Shown here: positions 1 to 10,921 of the stretch, piece after piece | Layout of the letters: each line of letters starts with the position of its first letter | Position numbering within the stretch: position 1 is the first letter of the stretch | The notes under the pieces: generated by a model | What the model was told of the DNA's origin: nothing | The model's database searches: none | Seen by the model: only the letters and a program-made list of their open reading frames with translations | Origin: Rhodanobacteraceae bacterium | GTDB taxonomy: Bacteria > Pseudomonadota > Gammaproteobacteria > Xanthomonadales > SZUA-5 | Reading direction: 5' to 3' | Length of the DNA stretch: 64,000 nt | Assembly (NCBI GenBank): GCA_031409855.1 | Contig: JANNYA010000215.1 | Location: forward strand, 10,260 to 74,259 | Made by a program: the position numbers and the translations under genes

Positions 1-1433
1 CTGCCGCCTAAAAACATCGCCGAGTTATTGTTGCCGCGTAAATCGAGCGTGGCGGTTGCGGTGATATTGGTCTGCCCGGTATAGGTGTTATTCCCGCCAA
101 AAATCTGCGTGCCTGAGCCCAGCAGATCAACCTGGAGGTTATTGCCGCTCGCTGAAACGTCGGTGATCGCGCCCGCGTAGATAAAGGTTTTTCCGGGCGG
201 TAAATCAAGTACTAACCGCGACTGCCCCGGCGTGCCACCGTTATCCATGCGCAGCAAACCTGCGCCCTCGATCCCGGCGACGGTTTCAGTAACATTGGGC
301 GATTGCGCGTTGAACCAGAATTGGCCGCCAAGCAACACAATGACCGCGGTGGTGTTGGGCAATCGCTCGGAGCTGGCGCCAATCATCAGACGCGCATTCG
401 TACCTACGGTGGTGCTGCCGCCGTAGGTATTGGCCGCCTGCGGGGTAAAACTGCCGAATGCCATCGAGCTGGTGATTAACAGATCCGCAGTGCCTGAAAT
501 TACACCGCCTACTGACAGCGCCAAGGCGTTATCGATGGCGATCTCCGCTTCTGGCGGCAACATGCCACTGACGACCCCGGTCAGAACGATCGGGCCAGCC
601 CAATTTCCGCCGACGAGCACGCCGCTAGATAACACCGGCCCGCGCACGCCTGGTGCGTTGGCGTCGTCGTCCAAGGTTAAAAATTCATTGCCAATGTTGG
701 CGACTTGCTTTTCTAGAATGCCGCCGGTTTTCACCACCGTGCCGTTGGCAGCGCTGCCCAATGCGCCCAAAGAAGTCGCATTGGCGATGCGCAATCGGCC
801 TTTTTTGACCAGGGTCAAGCCGGCATAGAGATTGGCATCGGGAAAATACACCGCGCCACCATCCACTACAATTTCATTGAGCGTCGAGCCTGGGGTAGTT
901 TCGGAAACTGAAATTATTAAAGCGGGGATTTGCGTAGCAGAGGATTGGGTTTGTTTAAACGTCAAACGGTTATCCCAGCGCACTGGCTTTAAACTACTGC
1001 CCAAATCCAGTGTGACCTCTTGCGCCAGGCTGCCAGTAGTATTTTGGCGAATTTCCTTCAGCCCGGCGTTGGTCAAATTCATTTGAAACGACATGCTGTT
1101 GAGCGCACCGGCTACGTCACAATTCGCGGTAATTGGCACCGCAGAAGTAATGTCGAAGCCAAAAACGCCACTCATGGAATAGCCGCAGCCGTTGATCACG
1201 ATGGCGCTGATGCTCAGCGTGCCGAGATTATTATTGACGGTTTTCGTAAACGCCGAGTCCGGGAACTCCAAACTATCGCCGTTCACCGGGCCACCTGCGC
1301 AGCTCCAGTTTAACGGATTGCTCATCGCAGACGAAGCGCTGCCGCTCCAGGTGCAGATCGCGGCGTTTGCGCTACCAGCGCAAAAAAAAGTAAGGGTTGC
1401 TAGCACATTTATCAAACGATTGTTGAGACGCAT
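1..1433 (-). CDS. Secreted autotransporter-associated beta-strand repeat protein (3' end beyond left edge; absent from ORF track)
   Basis: ATG at 1433 gives MRLNNRLINVLATLTFFCAGSANAAICTWSG (signal peptide). The same frame contains repeats ANLYAGLTLVKKGRL, ANTYGGSTTVG and GGNNTYTGQTNI. No ORF with a stop is listed in this frame, so it appears open to the edge. Confidence 0.8.
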   Translation of the reverse strand, partial: MRLNNRLINVLATLTFFCAGSANAAICTWSGSASSAMSNPLNWSCAGGPVNGDSLEFPDSAFTKTVNNNLGTLSISAIVINGCGYSMSGVFGFDITSAVPITANCDVAGALNSMSFQMNLTNAGLKEIRQNTTGSLAQEVTLDLGSSLKPVRWDNRLTFKQTQSSATQIPALIISVSETTPGSTLNEIVVDGGAVYFPDANLYAGLTLVKKGRLRIANATSLGALGSAANGTVVKTGGILEKQVANIGNEFLTLDDDANAPGVRGPVLSSGVLVGGNWAGPIVLTGVVSGMLPPEAEIAIDNALALSVGGVISGTADLLITSSMAFGSFTPQAANTYGGSTTVGTNARLMIGASSERLPNTTAVIVLLGGQFWFNAQSPNVTETVAGIEGAGLLRMDNGGTPGQSRLVLDLPPGKTFIYAGAITDVSASGNNLQVDLLGSGTQIFGGNNTYTGQTNITATATLDLRGNNNSAMFLGG

Positions 1434-1511
1434 ACGAACCCTGAGCAAAATAACTTGGGCACGATGCTACTCGGAAAAGTCTGCCAGCCAAACGCTATCT
1501 TGGCAATTCCC

Positions 1512-2798
1512 TCAATTTTTGTCCTGCAAATGATCATCTGGTAACAGTTGTTCAACATTCCAGCTCAACGCCACTGCCGTCAGTGCGAAGCAGGCGGCAA
1601 TCATGCCGAAAGTGCCTACACCCGCGCCAAGATTGACCAACACCGCCACCATCGTGACCATCATTAAATCGCCACCGCGCCACACCACGGTGTCGACGAA
1701 GGCTTTCGCCTTAAAGCGCACATCGCGACTGACGCGGGTAAACAGCGATTCGCGCGCTGGGTTGACCAAGCCGTAGCCGCCGCCACGCGTAATAATCAGT
1801 CCGACCGCGATCATCGCAGCATCGGCATAAATCGCGATGCCGAGCAAAACGAACACATTGAATATATTCGGCCATGCCATCGCGCGGCCGGCGCCGGCTT
1901 TGGACAATAGCCAGCGCACTGCAAACACCTGTAAAGCAATCATCAGGCCATTCGTCCACAAATCTACCGAGGCGAAGAATGCGGTTTTAACGGCTGGGTC
2001 AGTAAAGGCGTCTTTTGCGTAGTCGCTCAAGTTGGAATATAAAATGGTCGCCACGCCGTCGGCGCACAGCAGTAAAAGCGCCATGCGGCGCACAAATGGG
2101 TTTGAAAAAGCCGCCATTGCGCCTTCCCACATGCTGCCGCCGAGCGCACTCTCATTCACGTGCAGCGATTTCGCACTCGGTGCTCGCGCAAAAAGTGTCA
2201 GCAAACAAATTAGCGCCACAGCCAGAAACGCAGTCGCAATCAAATACAGGCCGTTGAGGCCGACGATAAGCACAAATTCTTTCGCCAACAGTGGCCCGGC
2301 AACCGCACCTGAGGTGCCGCCCAACGCGACAAAGCCGTACAAACGTTTGGATTGCTCCGGGTCAAACACATCTGCCATGCAGCTCCAAAACACGCTGACC
2401 ACAAACAAATTAAAAATACTAACCCACACGTAAAACACCTTGGCATTCAGCGCCAAATCCGTGCTGTAGCGAAAAAATGGCCCGGTGCTGAGCAGGCATA
2501 GCACGAAAAACAGATAGATCAGCGGTACAAAAATGCGCCGGGGAAATCGCGACACTAAGGCACCATAAATTGGCGTCAGCGCCAGCATCGTTACAAAAAC
2601 CAGGCTGTACAAAAGCGGCAGTGCTTGTGACCCCCCTGCGGCGCTAGCGAATTGTTCGCGAATCGGTCGGATCACGTAATAGCTGGCTAAAACACAGAAA
2701 AAGCACAGCGCCGCCAGGGCTAAGGCAAGCAATTCCTGACGATTTTTGGTGGGAACCAGCGTGCGCAGCCACGTAAAATTCATAGGGGCCAAATTCAT
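1512..2798 (-). CDS. MFS transporter, ATP:ADP antiporter (NTT/TLC-like) family
   Basis: 428 aa with about 12 hydrophobic segments; motifs YYVIRPIRE, FYVWVSIFNLFVVSVFWS, RFKAKAFVDTVVWRGGD. Confidence 0.75.
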   Translation of the reverse strand: MNLAPMNFTWLRTLVPTKNRQELLALALAALCFFCVLASYYVIRPIREQFASAAGGSQALPLLYSLVFVTMLALTPIYGALVSRFPRRIFVPLIYLFFVLCLLSTGPFFRYSTDLALNAKVFYVWVSIFNLFVVSVFWSCMADVFDPEQSKRLYGFVALGGTSGAVAGPLLAKEFVLIVGLNGLYLIATAFLAVALICLLTLFARAPSAKSLHVNESALGGSMWEGAMAAFSNPFVRRMALLLLCADGVATILYSNLSDYAKDAFTDPAVKTAFFASVDLWTNGLMIALQVFAVRWLLSKAGAGRAMAWPNIFNVFVLLGIAIYADAAMIAVGLIITRGGGYGLVNPARESLFTRVSRDVRFKAKAFVDTVVWRGGDLMMVTMVAVLVNLGAGVGTFGMIAACFALTAVALSWNVEQLLPDDHLQDKN

Positions 2799-4135
2799 AC
2801 TGCTCGCCTTTTTCTTAAACCCACATACGCACCCAAAATCGCGGCATCAATGCGTTCCGGCAGGGCACTAACCACCACCGCGCCTTGCGCGCTCAAACGA
2901 TCACGGGCGCTGCGTTCTTGCGTGATTAGCTCATTTGCTGCCAGTAGTTGTGCCGGTGCACGCCAAGGTGCGGCTCCGGCGAGGCGCGGTTGTGCAGCAA
3001 TTTCAGCAAGCTGCGGGTCTTGCATGCAGGCCACCATCGGCAAATGCTTACGCCCCAACAGCGCCAGCGCGCGCAGCAGTTTTTCTAACGCGGGCGGACT
3101 GTCGGTATCGCTTAAACACACTAATAAGGTGCGTCTAGGCAAGCGGCGTAACACCATACCGGCGGCCTTGATCGGGTCCGATTCTTCCGGCTGATGCGCC
3201 AAATTACTCAAAACATGATGCAAACGCCGGATGCCGCTGCTGCCACGCAAATTGTACAACTGCGCGACGGGTTGATCCGAGTAAGCGATAAAATGTAGCG
3301 TATCGCCCGCCGACAAACTGGCCTGCGCTAGGCGCGAGGCAATATTGATCGCATGATCAAACTTGCGCATATTTCCTACCGCCAAACGGCTGCGGCGGCC
3401 GACATCCAGCAAAATCGTCAGCTCTAAATTTTGATCCTGACTCATCACGCGTACTTTCAACGAATCGGTATCCGCCGTGCCTGCCGCCGAATTCGCCAGC
3501 GAGCGCGCGCTGGCTTTCCAATCAATCGCGCGCGGCGCATCGCCGGGCTGATAGTCGCGCAAGGTCAATAATTCCAAACCTTGGCCGCTTTTACGTTGGG
3601 AACTTTCGCCATATTCACGGGTAAATTGCCGCCGCTCCGCCTGCGTCAAACTTTGCGGCATGATCCGCACCTGCGCCGGTGCGATGAGCGTTCGCGGCCA
3701 CCACGCCAAGCCAAAGACGCCCAGTACCCGTGCCTTCACCTGATCAAACTCTAAATTGGCCAGCGCCAAAGTCTGTCGGCGCACACTAAATTCCAGCGGC
3801 TGCGCTGCGGACAAGGAATAATCCTGCTGCCAATCTTGCCCACTCAGTGCTTCCGGCATGACCTCGGCCAAATCCAGCTGCAGCGCGCGCGCTGGGGCCG
3901 CACTTAAACGGTACTGCAAGGTTAAATCCCGCCCCAACTCAACGCTGTTCGGTGCGTGGCGCTCAAGCGTGATGCGATAAGCGCGCGTCAGCAATTGTTC
4001 CGCCAGCAATAGCGCTACCAGCAGCAGCGCCGGAATCAGCCACGCCTGCGCCAGCGCGCCGCCCACCCAAATGCCCACGGATGCCACGATCGCCACCAGG
4101 GCGGTCAACCATAAAAACCGCGGAGTCAGGCTCAT
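2795..4135 (-). CDS. DUF58 domain protein (vWA-like MoxR partner)
   Basis: LRDYQPGDAPRAIDWKASAR motif; directly downstream of a MoxR ATPase. Confidence 0.85.
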   Translation of the reverse strand: MSLTPRFLWLTALVAIVASVGIWVGGALAQAWLIPALLLVALLLAEQLLTRAYRITLERHAPNSVELGRDLTLQYRLSAAPARALQLDLAEVMPEALSGQDWQQDYSLSAAQPLEFSVRRQTLALANLEFDQVKARVLGVFGLAWWPRTLIAPAQVRIMPQSLTQAERRQFTREYGESSQRKSGQGLELLTLRDYQPGDAPRAIDWKASARSLANSAAGTADTDSLKVRVMSQDQNLELTILLDVGRRSRLAVGNMRKFDHAINIASRLAQASLSAGDTLHFIAYSDQPVAQLYNLRGSSGIRRLHHVLSNLAHQPEESDPIKAAGMVLRRLPRRTLLVCLSDTDSPPALEKLLRALALLGRKHLPMVACMQDPQLAEIAAQPRLAGAAPWRAPAQLLAANELITQERSARDRLSAQGAVVVSALPERIDAAILGAYVGLRKRRAV

Positions 4136-4163
4136 TGGCTACACGTTTTAAAGCGGCACTTAG

Positions 4164-5111
4164 TCAAGCTGCACCGCGCGGCGCAGGCACCTGATTGAGC
4201 AAATCCGCCACCACTTGATCGGAACTTGCACCATCCAAGCTCGCCTCCGGCTTCAGTACCAAACGGTGCCCCAAAACCTGCGACAACAGCGCCTTTAGAT
4301 CATCCGGCAAAACAAATTCCCGCGCATTCAAGGCCGCCAGCACCCGCGCACAGCGCATCAGCGCCAGCGAGCCACGGGTCGATAAGCCTAAGGCCACCCG
4401 CACATCTTCCCGGCTCGCACGCGCCAGCCGTACGGCGTAGTCATACACCGCTTCCGAAACCTGGATCGCTTTCACGCTAGCGCGCGCCGCCGCCAACGCG
4501 CCGGATGCCAGCGGCGCAAAGGCACTGCCGCCGTGGCCACCGCCGGGTTGGTCGTAGGTGCGCAAAATCTGCGCTTCGACAGTGGCCTCAGGGTAGGGCA
4601 CTTCTAATTTCATCAAAAAGCGATCTAACTGCGATTCCGGCAGCGGGTACGTACCCTCAAATTCATGCGGGTTTTGTGAGGCAATCAGAAAAAAATCATC
4701 CGGCAAGCTGTAGCGTTTGCGATCAATACTGACTTGGCGTTCCTCCATCGCTTCCAAAAGCGCTGACTGCGTTTTCGGCCCGGTGCGGTTAATTTCGTCC
4801 ACCAACACCACATTGCCGAAAATGGGCCCCGGGATTAGCTCGAACTCGCCTTTCACTTGCCGATAGACGTGAATGCCTGTGATATCCGAGGGCATTAAGT
4901 CCGCCGTGCACTGCACCCGGCGAAAATGCCCGCCCAATGCCTGCGCCAAAGTCTTTGCCAACAGCGTTTTGCCAACGCCCGGCACCCCTTCCAAAAGCAC
5001 GTGCCCACCGGCAATCAGCGCGACACTCAAATTACGCACCAGCGCATCCGCACCAAAAACCACTAGTCCGATGCGTTGTTGCAGCTGGGTTTCAAATTCA
5101 ATAGCACTCAT
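4164..5111 (-). CDS. moxR: MoxR family AAA+ ATPase
   Basis: GHVLLEGVPGVGKT, VDEINRTGPKTQSALLEAMEERQV, QNPHEFEGTYPLPESQLDRF; ATG at 5111 preferred as start. Confidence 0.92.
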   Translation of the reverse strand: MSAIEFETQLQQRIGLVVFGADALVRNLSVALIAGGHVLLEGVPGVGKTLLAKTLAQALGGHFRRVQCTADLMPSDITGIHVYRQVKGEFELIPGPIFGNVVLVDEINRTGPKTQSALLEAMEERQVSIDRKRYSLPDDFFLIASQNPHEFEGTYPLPESQLDRFLMKLEVPYPEATVEAQILRTYDQPGGGHGGSAFAPLASGALAAARASVKAIQVSEAVYDYAVRLARASREDVRVALGLSTRGSLALMRCARVLAALNAREFVLPDDLKALLSQVLGHRLVLKPEASLDGASSDQVVADLLNQVPAPRGAA

Positions 5112-5305
5112 GGATAGGTCGTATTCCAAAATTAGGGGCGGGTTTCGCGGTCATTATTCGATTAGTCCCGAATAGTGCCCTGAAATTGGATTTTGCACAG
5201 CTTTACGTGAGAAATGCGCGCTTGCTCGCGCGAAGCCAAAGTCAAGGGCATAGAAAATGTGGCGTTTGGCTATTGCCGCAATCCCACAGCCGAGACGCGC
5301 GAATC

Positions 5306-8119
5306 TCAATGCGCCTCATCCCAATTCAAGCCCACGCCCACCTCGACCAACAGCGGCACCTTCAACGCCGCCGCACCGCTCATGCGCGCAACAATTCCGG
5401 ACTTATATTTGTCCACAGAATCCTTGCGCACTTCAAACACCAGTTCATCGTGCACTTGTAGCAGCATGCGAATCTCGCTTTCGCAACCGGCCAAATACGG
5501 CACCACTGCCAGCATCGCGCGCTTGATAATATCGGCGGCGGTGCCCTGCATCGGGGCGTTGATCGCTTGGCGCTCGGCGCCCATTCGCAGCTGATAATTG
5601 CGGCTGGCAAGTTCAGGTAAATACAGCCGGCGCCCGAACGTGGTTTCGACGAAGCCTTGCTCGTGTGCCAGTTTGCGGGTGGCTTCCATGTAGCGCTTGA
5701 CGCCTGGGTAACGGACGAAATAGCGCTCCACGTAATCCCTGGCAATATCGCGCGCGATGCCTAAATTGCGGGCTAGACCGAACGCGCTCATGCCATAAAT
5801 CAGGCCAAAATTGATCGCTTTTGCAGCGCGGCGCTGATTGTTATCCACGGTTTCTAGCGGCGCATTGAAAATTTCCGCAGCGGTTGCACGGTGCACATCG
5901 GCGCCGCTGGCGAAAGCGCTTAACAGGCCTGGATCATCGGACAAGTGCGCCATGATGCGCAGCTCGATTTGTGAGTAATCCGCCGCCATCAACACAAAAC
6001 CGGGGGGCGCGATAAAAGCACGACGGATTTTTCGGCCTTCTGGGGTGCGGATCGGGATGTTTTGCAGATTCGGATTCGAGCTAGACAAACGCCCGGTCGC
6101 GGCCACCGCTTGATGAAAACTGGTGTGCACGCGGCCATTGGCGTCGGCCAATTCCGGCAGCGTATCGGTGTAAGTGCCTTTCAGTTTCGCCAAACTGCGG
6201 TAGGCCAAAATCATGCCCGGCAACGGGTGCAGATCCAGCAATTCTTCGAGTGCGTCTTCACTGGTGGACGGTTGGCCCGAGGGGGTTTTTTGCTTCGCGG
6301 GCAACTTTAATTCTTCAAATAAAAGCACGCCCAGTTGTTTTGGCGAATCCATCGAAAAGCTGCGCCCAGCGCTTTCGAACGCTGACGCCTCTAACGCCGC
6401 CATCGCCAGCCCCAAATCAGCGCTTTGGCGTTTAAGCTCCTCGGTATCCAGCAAAATGCCAGCAGACTCCATCGCTGCCAGCACCGGCACCAGCGGAATT
6501 TCCATCTGCGCGTAAATTTCCGCCAGCGGTGCGTGCTGCGCTAGTGCCGGCACCAACGCGAGCTTCAGCCGCAATGTAATGTCGGCATCTTCCGCAGCAT
6601 AGGCGAGTGCTTGCTCCAGTTCAACTTGCGCAAACGGGATTTGCTTGACGCCTTTGCCCGCCACGTCCTCATATTTAATTGTGCTGTAGTCCAAGTATTT
6701 TTTCGCGACCGCGTCCATATTGTGCTGGGTCGCGTTCGAGTTCAAAACATAGGAAGCTAACATGGAGTCATGTGTGTATCCGGCCACCGCAATGCCATAG
6801 CGCGCCAAAATATGCATATCGTACTTGCCGTGGTGGCCAATTTTGCCGATTTTTGGGTCTTCCAAAATAGGCTTCAAGGCTTGTAGGACGTGGCTAAGTT
6901 CAAGCTGCGTGGGTGCTGGCACAGGCGGTTCTGGCGCGGGTGGTGCAAGCGCAAACAAATCATCCGCTGGTACCGTACTAACAGCCGCCTTTTTGCCTTT
7001 TGCTGCTTTAGCGACTGCCGGTTTAGCGCTGGCATGCACATGCTTGAGCGGCAAATAGGCGGCGACACCAGGCTGGGTTGCGAAACTGATGCCGACTATT
7101 TCGGCCTCCAAGGGATTTAAACCGGTGGTTTCGGTATCGAAAGCGAACTCAGACGAATTGCGCAAACGAACTAGCCAGGTTTGAAAGCTTGCTTCAGAGT
7201 CAATCAGCTCATAGTGTTTTTCCACCGCTGTGGGTATTTTGACGCTAGGAATCACCACGCCGCTGCCCAGTGCGCCACCCAATTCCCGCAGCGCCTGATT
7301 AAAGCCATAGCGCCGATACAGGGGTTCCAACAGGCTAGGATCTTGCGCTTTGAGCCGCAAATCCGTGGGCCCAACCGCAAGCGCGCAGTCCAATTTGACC
7401 GTGGTCAAGGTTTGACAGAGCGGTAATTGCGGAATCGCGGCGCGTAGGTATTCGCCGATTTTTCCGCTGATTTTGTCGGCATTGGCGACCAAATTGTCTA
7501 TCGTTTGATAGTCCTCTAACCACTTTGACGCGGTTTTCGGGCCGCATTTAGGCACACCGGGTATGTTGTCTACCGCGTCGCCGACCAGCGCTAGGTAGTC
7601 AATAATTTGATCCGGGCGCACACCGTGTTTGCGTTTAACGCCTTCGGCGTCAAGCTTTTCATTGCTCATGGTATTCACCCACAGCACCGAATCATTCACC
7701 AGCTGGGTCAAATCTTTATCGCCGGTCGAGATTTGCACGCGCATGCCTGCCGCCACTGCCTGCACCGCCAGCGTGCCGATTACATCGTCCGCTTCAACGC
7801 CAGATTCGCGCAGCACTGGGTAACCGAGGGCCGCGACCAGTTCTAGCAGTGGCTCGATTTGTAAGCGCAATTCATCCGGCATCGGCGGCCGGTGTGCTTT
7901 GTATTCGCTAAACAGCGCATTGCGAAACGTTGGCCCGGATGCGTCAAACACAAAAGCAGCAAACTTAGGTTTTTCTTCCAACACCAGCCGCCGCAGCATA
8001 TTGACCACACCAAAAAGCGCGCCGGTAGGCTCGCCTGCGGCGTTAGAAAGTTTGGGCAGGCCATGATAGGCGCGGAATAGATAGCCAGAGCCGTCGATAA
8101 GGTGCAGGGTTTCGGTCAT
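5306..8119 (-). CDS. polA: DNA polymerase I
   Basis: LIDGSGYLFRAYH (5'-3' exo), AFDTETTGL (3'-5' exo), ADYSQIELR, AKAINFGLIYGM, QVHDELVFE. Confidence 0.99.
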   Translation of the reverse strand: MTETLHLIDGSGYLFRAYHGLPKLSNAAGEPTGALFGVVNMLRRLVLEEKPKFAAFVFDASGPTFRNALFSEYKAHRPPMPDELRLQIEPLLELVAALGYPVLRESGVEADDVIGTLAVQAVAAGMRVQISTGDKDLTQLVNDSVLWVNTMSNEKLDAEGVKRKHGVRPDQIIDYLALVGDAVDNIPGVPKCGPKTASKWLEDYQTIDNLVANADKISGKIGEYLRAAIPQLPLCQTLTTVKLDCALAVGPTDLRLKAQDPSLLEPLYRRYGFNQALRELGGALGSGVVIPSVKIPTAVEKHYELIDSEASFQTWLVRLRNSSEFAFDTETTGLNPLEAEIVGISFATQPGVAAYLPLKHVHASAKPAVAKAAKGKKAAVSTVPADDLFALAPPAPEPPVPAPTQLELSHVLQALKPILEDPKIGKIGHHGKYDMHILARYGIAVAGYTHDSMLASYVLNSNATQHNMDAVAKKYLDYSTIKYEDVAGKGVKQIPFAQVELEQALAYAAEDADITLRLKLALVPALAQHAPLAEIYAQMEIPLVPVLAAMESAGILLDTEELKRQSADLGLAMAALEASAFESAGRSFSMDSPKQLGVLLFEELKLPAKQKTPSGQPSTSEDALEELLDLHPLPGMILAYRSLAKLKGTYTDTLPELADANGRVHTSFHQAVAATGRLSSSNPNLQNIPIRTPEGRKIRRAFIAPPGFVLMAADYSQIELRIMAHLSDDPGLLSAFASGADVHRATAAEIFNAPLETVDNNQRRAAKAINFGLIYGMSAFGLARNLGIARDIARDYVERYFVRYPGVKRYMEATRKLAHEQGFVETTFGRRLYLPELASRNYQLRMGAERQAINAPMQGTAADIIKRAMLAVVPYLAGCESEIRMLLQVHDELVFEVRKDSVDKYKSGIVARMSGAAALKVPLLVEVGVGLNWDEAH

Positions 8120-8179
8120 GATTTGGTGCCGGTTGGTTAAAGCTTGGACGATGCCGCGTTGGTCTTGCTATTGATTTGC

Positions 8180-9373
8180 TTACATCAACAGCAACGTCGC
8201 TAATCCCAAAAATAATCCCATGCTGGCTACATCGGTCGCGGTCGTCAGGAAAATACTGGACGCGGTTGCCGGGTCTGCGCCGAGTTTTTTCAGCGTCAGC
8301 GGCACACTCGCGCCCGCTAAACCACTCGCGACGCATGCACCGATCATCGAAAGCATGGTAATCCCGGCCAACATCAACGCACTCGGATGACCCTGGGCGC
8401 GCGCGTAAAAATACATCGCTATCGCGGCAACAATGCCGACACCGACGCCATTCAAAAAGCCGAGCCAGCCCTCTTTGCGCAGCAGGCGCGGCACATCTTT
8501 ATTAGTCAGCTCGCCCAAGGTCAATCCACGCAGCGTCACCGCGAGCGCTTGGCAGCCGGTATTGCCGCTTTGCCCCGCCAAAATTGGCAAAAACACCGCC
8601 AAAAGTGCAATGCTGTCAATCGTGCCTTGGAAATAACTGACCACGCCACCGGCAATGAATGCGGTCAGCAAATTCAGGATCAACCACGGATAGCGCGACA
8701 AAAAACTGCGCTGCCAGGGCGTGTTTAAGCGCTCTTCTTTTTCCACACCCACCAATTGCCCGGCTTGCGCCGAAATGTCGATCGCTTGCGCTTCAAAGAG
8801 TACTTGACCACGAATTTGCCCGATCAATGTGCCATCAGCTGCGCATACTGGGTAAACCGGAAAATGCCGCTTCACGACTTCGCGCATGGCATCCACCAGC
8901 GGCGTTTCTGGCCGCAACGCATACGGATTGCGAATCATAATATCGCTAAGCGTTTGCGTAGGCTCAGCGTAAAGCAATTCGCGAAAGGTCACGACGCCGA
9001 CCAGCTTATTGCCTGTTTCGGTCACAAATACATAGGTAATCAAGGTGCGCTTGATCGATTCACGTAAGGCCTCGACGACCTCGCTGATCTTCGTTTCAGC
9101 GGCAAAAGCTGCGGCGGGCCGCTCCATCAATCGACCTGCGCTGTCAGGCTCAAGCGTCAAATATGTGCGCCAAACTGAGGCAACATCATTCGGCACGAGC
9201 GCCAAAAGTCGCTCACGTTGTGCCTCTTCTAGCAGGCACCAAACATCGCTTAACTGACTGGGGCCGAGCGCACTTAGATAGTCCAAACTTTCAGGGTCGG
9301 CCAAGGATTCCAGCCACGAGGAGGCGGATTTTGCATCCATGAGTTTTAGCGTTGCTAAAAGCTGTGCATCCAT
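8180..9373 (-). CDS. mgtE: Magnesium transporter MgtE
   Basis: CBS pair followed by TM domain with GNTGCQA and DPATASSIFLTTATDV. Confidence 0.9.
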   Translation of the reverse strand: MDAQLLATLKLMDAKSASSWLESLADPESLDYLSALGPSQLSDVWCLLEEAQRERLLALVPNDVASVWRTYLTLEPDSAGRLMERPAAAFAAETKISEVVEALRESIKRTLITYVFVTETGNKLVGVVTFRELLYAEPTQTLSDIMIRNPYALRPETPLVDAMREVVKRHFPVYPVCAADGTLIGQIRGQVLFEAQAIDISAQAGQLVGVEKEERLNTPWQRSFLSRYPWLILNLLTAFIAGGVVSYFQGTIDSIALLAVFLPILAGQSGNTGCQALAVTLRGLTLGELTNKDVPRLLRKEGWLGFLNGVGVGIVAAIAMYFYARAQGHPSALMLAGITMLSMIGACVASGLAGASVPLTLKKLGADPATASSIFLTTATDVASMGLFLGLATLLLM

Positions 9374-9543
9374 TGGGGTAATCTCGAGTTGTGCCGTCGC
9401 GTTGTTTTCTTAAGCGGTGTAAGCCTGGCAAAGCGTGCCCAGCCAAGAGTGCTTGTCGAATGACTGAGTGTCTAGCAAGCGTGGCTGGCTAGCAAGCGTA
9501 ACCGCGTGCGCGAATCGATGACTTCTAGCAAAAAACAGCGGGA

Positions 9544-10437
9544 TTATTCTTTGCCAAACAAGCTGTCCAGCTTTCGCTCGTAGTCCATATAACCCAGCAC
9601 CTCATAAAGCTCCATGCGGGTTTGCATGCTGCTGATCACGCTTTTTTGGGTGCGCTCATTGCGAATCGCAGCGTAGACATTTTCAGCGGCGCGCGCCATG
9701 GCTCGGAACGCACCGAGCGGATAAATAATCATGCGCACGCCAACGGACGCTAGTTCATCCACTGTGAAAAGCGGCGTCTGGCCGAATTCAGTTAGGTTCG
9801 CCAGAATCGGAATATTGAGTTCTTTCACGAAGCGCTCGAACTGCGCAAGGGTCGTGCAAGCTTCGGCGAAAATGACGTCTGCTCCGGCCTCGCTGCAGGC
9901 CTGTGCACGCTCTATCGCGGCGTCAATGCCTTCAACGGCCAAAGCATCGGTGCGCGCGACGAGAACAAAATTAGCGTCGGTGCGGCCATCGACGGCGGCT
10001 TTCACGCGATCAACCATGTCGGCTTTCGGCACAATTGCCTTGCCGGGCCGATGTCCGCAGCGTTTCGCCTGTACTTGATCTTCGATATGGCAGCTTGCCG
10101 CACCGGCACGAATCAACTCTTTCACGGTGCGCGACATATTAAATGCGCCACCCCAACCGGTATCTGCATCGACTAAAATGGGCAATTGCGATGCACCGCT
10201 GATGCGGCGAATATCTTCGCAAACATCGTTCAAACTGGTCATGCCCAAATCGGGCAGACCAAAGCTGGCATTCGCGATGCCAGCACCTGAGACGTATAGG
10301 GCTTGAAAGCCTGCGCGTTCGGCCTGCAGTGCGGCGTAGGCGTTAATCACGCCCGGCAATTGCAGCGGTGTTTCATGCGCCATCGCGGCGCGCAGGCGCG
10401 CGCCGGCGCTGTGGGAAGTGTTGGACGTTGCTAACAT
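9544..10437 (-). CDS. prpB: 2-methylisocitrate lyase
   Basis: [42 protein letters not shown]. Confidence 0.95.
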   Translation of the reverse strand: MLATSNTSHSAGARLRAAMAHETPLQLPGVINAYAALQAERAGFQALYVSGAGIANASFGLPDLGMTSLNDVCEDIRRISGASQLPILVDADTGWGGAFNMSRTVKELIRAGAASCHIEDQVQAKRCGHRPGKAIVPKADMVDRVKAAVDGRTDANFVLVARTDALAVEGIDAAIERAQACSEAGADVIFAEACTTLAQFERFVKELNIPILANLTEFGQTPLFTVDELASVGVRMIIYPLGAFRAMARAAENVYAAIRNERTQKSVISSMQTRMELYEVLGYMDYERKLDSLFGKE

Positions 10438-10848
10438 TTATTCATCAACCTCAAAACGAAACTTCACGCCCGCTTGCAGAGCGACTTCTAATGCCGATTC
10501 CAATGCGCGCAATTCTTCCATCGTCGCCTTGGGGCGCTTGAGTGATTCGGGGTCAGATTCGATATAGCCCATCAGCGCACGCACCGTGTCTAAGCCATCG
10601 TTTGCCTCAAACCAGCCATCCACGCCACCCGCGCCATGATAGTCAACGCCACTCCAACCTTCGTTCTCGGCGATGTCTTGAAAATCCTCGCTCACTCGGT
10701 CCGCACCGCCGACAAATTCGCGCAAGGAGGTGACACCGATTTCCTGCGCAATTTCCGCCAATTTATCGTGCGCTTTTGCAATCGTTTTGAATGCCTCAAA
10801 GGCATCAACATCATCTAATTCTTCTTGAAAAACAATGTAGTAGCTCAT
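10438..10848 (-). CDS. Acidic hypothetical protein
   Basis: Co-oriented ORF whose stop abuts the prpB start codon; start at 10848 (MSYYIVF) or 10857. Confidence 0.7.
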   Translation of the reverse strand: MSYYIVFQEELDDVDAFEAFKTIAKAHDKLAEIAQEIGVTSLREFVGGADRVSEDFQDIAENEGWSGVDYHGAGGVDGWFEANDGLDTVRALMGYIESDPESLKRPKATMEELRALESALEVALQAGVKFRFEVDE

Positions 10849-10921
10849 ATGTGCCAAATCTAGTAAAAGTAAATTTTAATCGGAAAGTAGAAGCACACAG
10901 GGTAGGGCGAGTTACTTCCCT

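Noticed and set aside
232-1533. Plus-strand ORFs in the track
   Set aside because: Shadows of the minus-strand autotransporter-repeat gene
9374-9543. Mg2+ riboswitch upstream of mgtE
   Set aside because: No M-box features recognisable; only short direct repeats (CTAGCAAGCGT at 9472 and 9489) of unclear meaning
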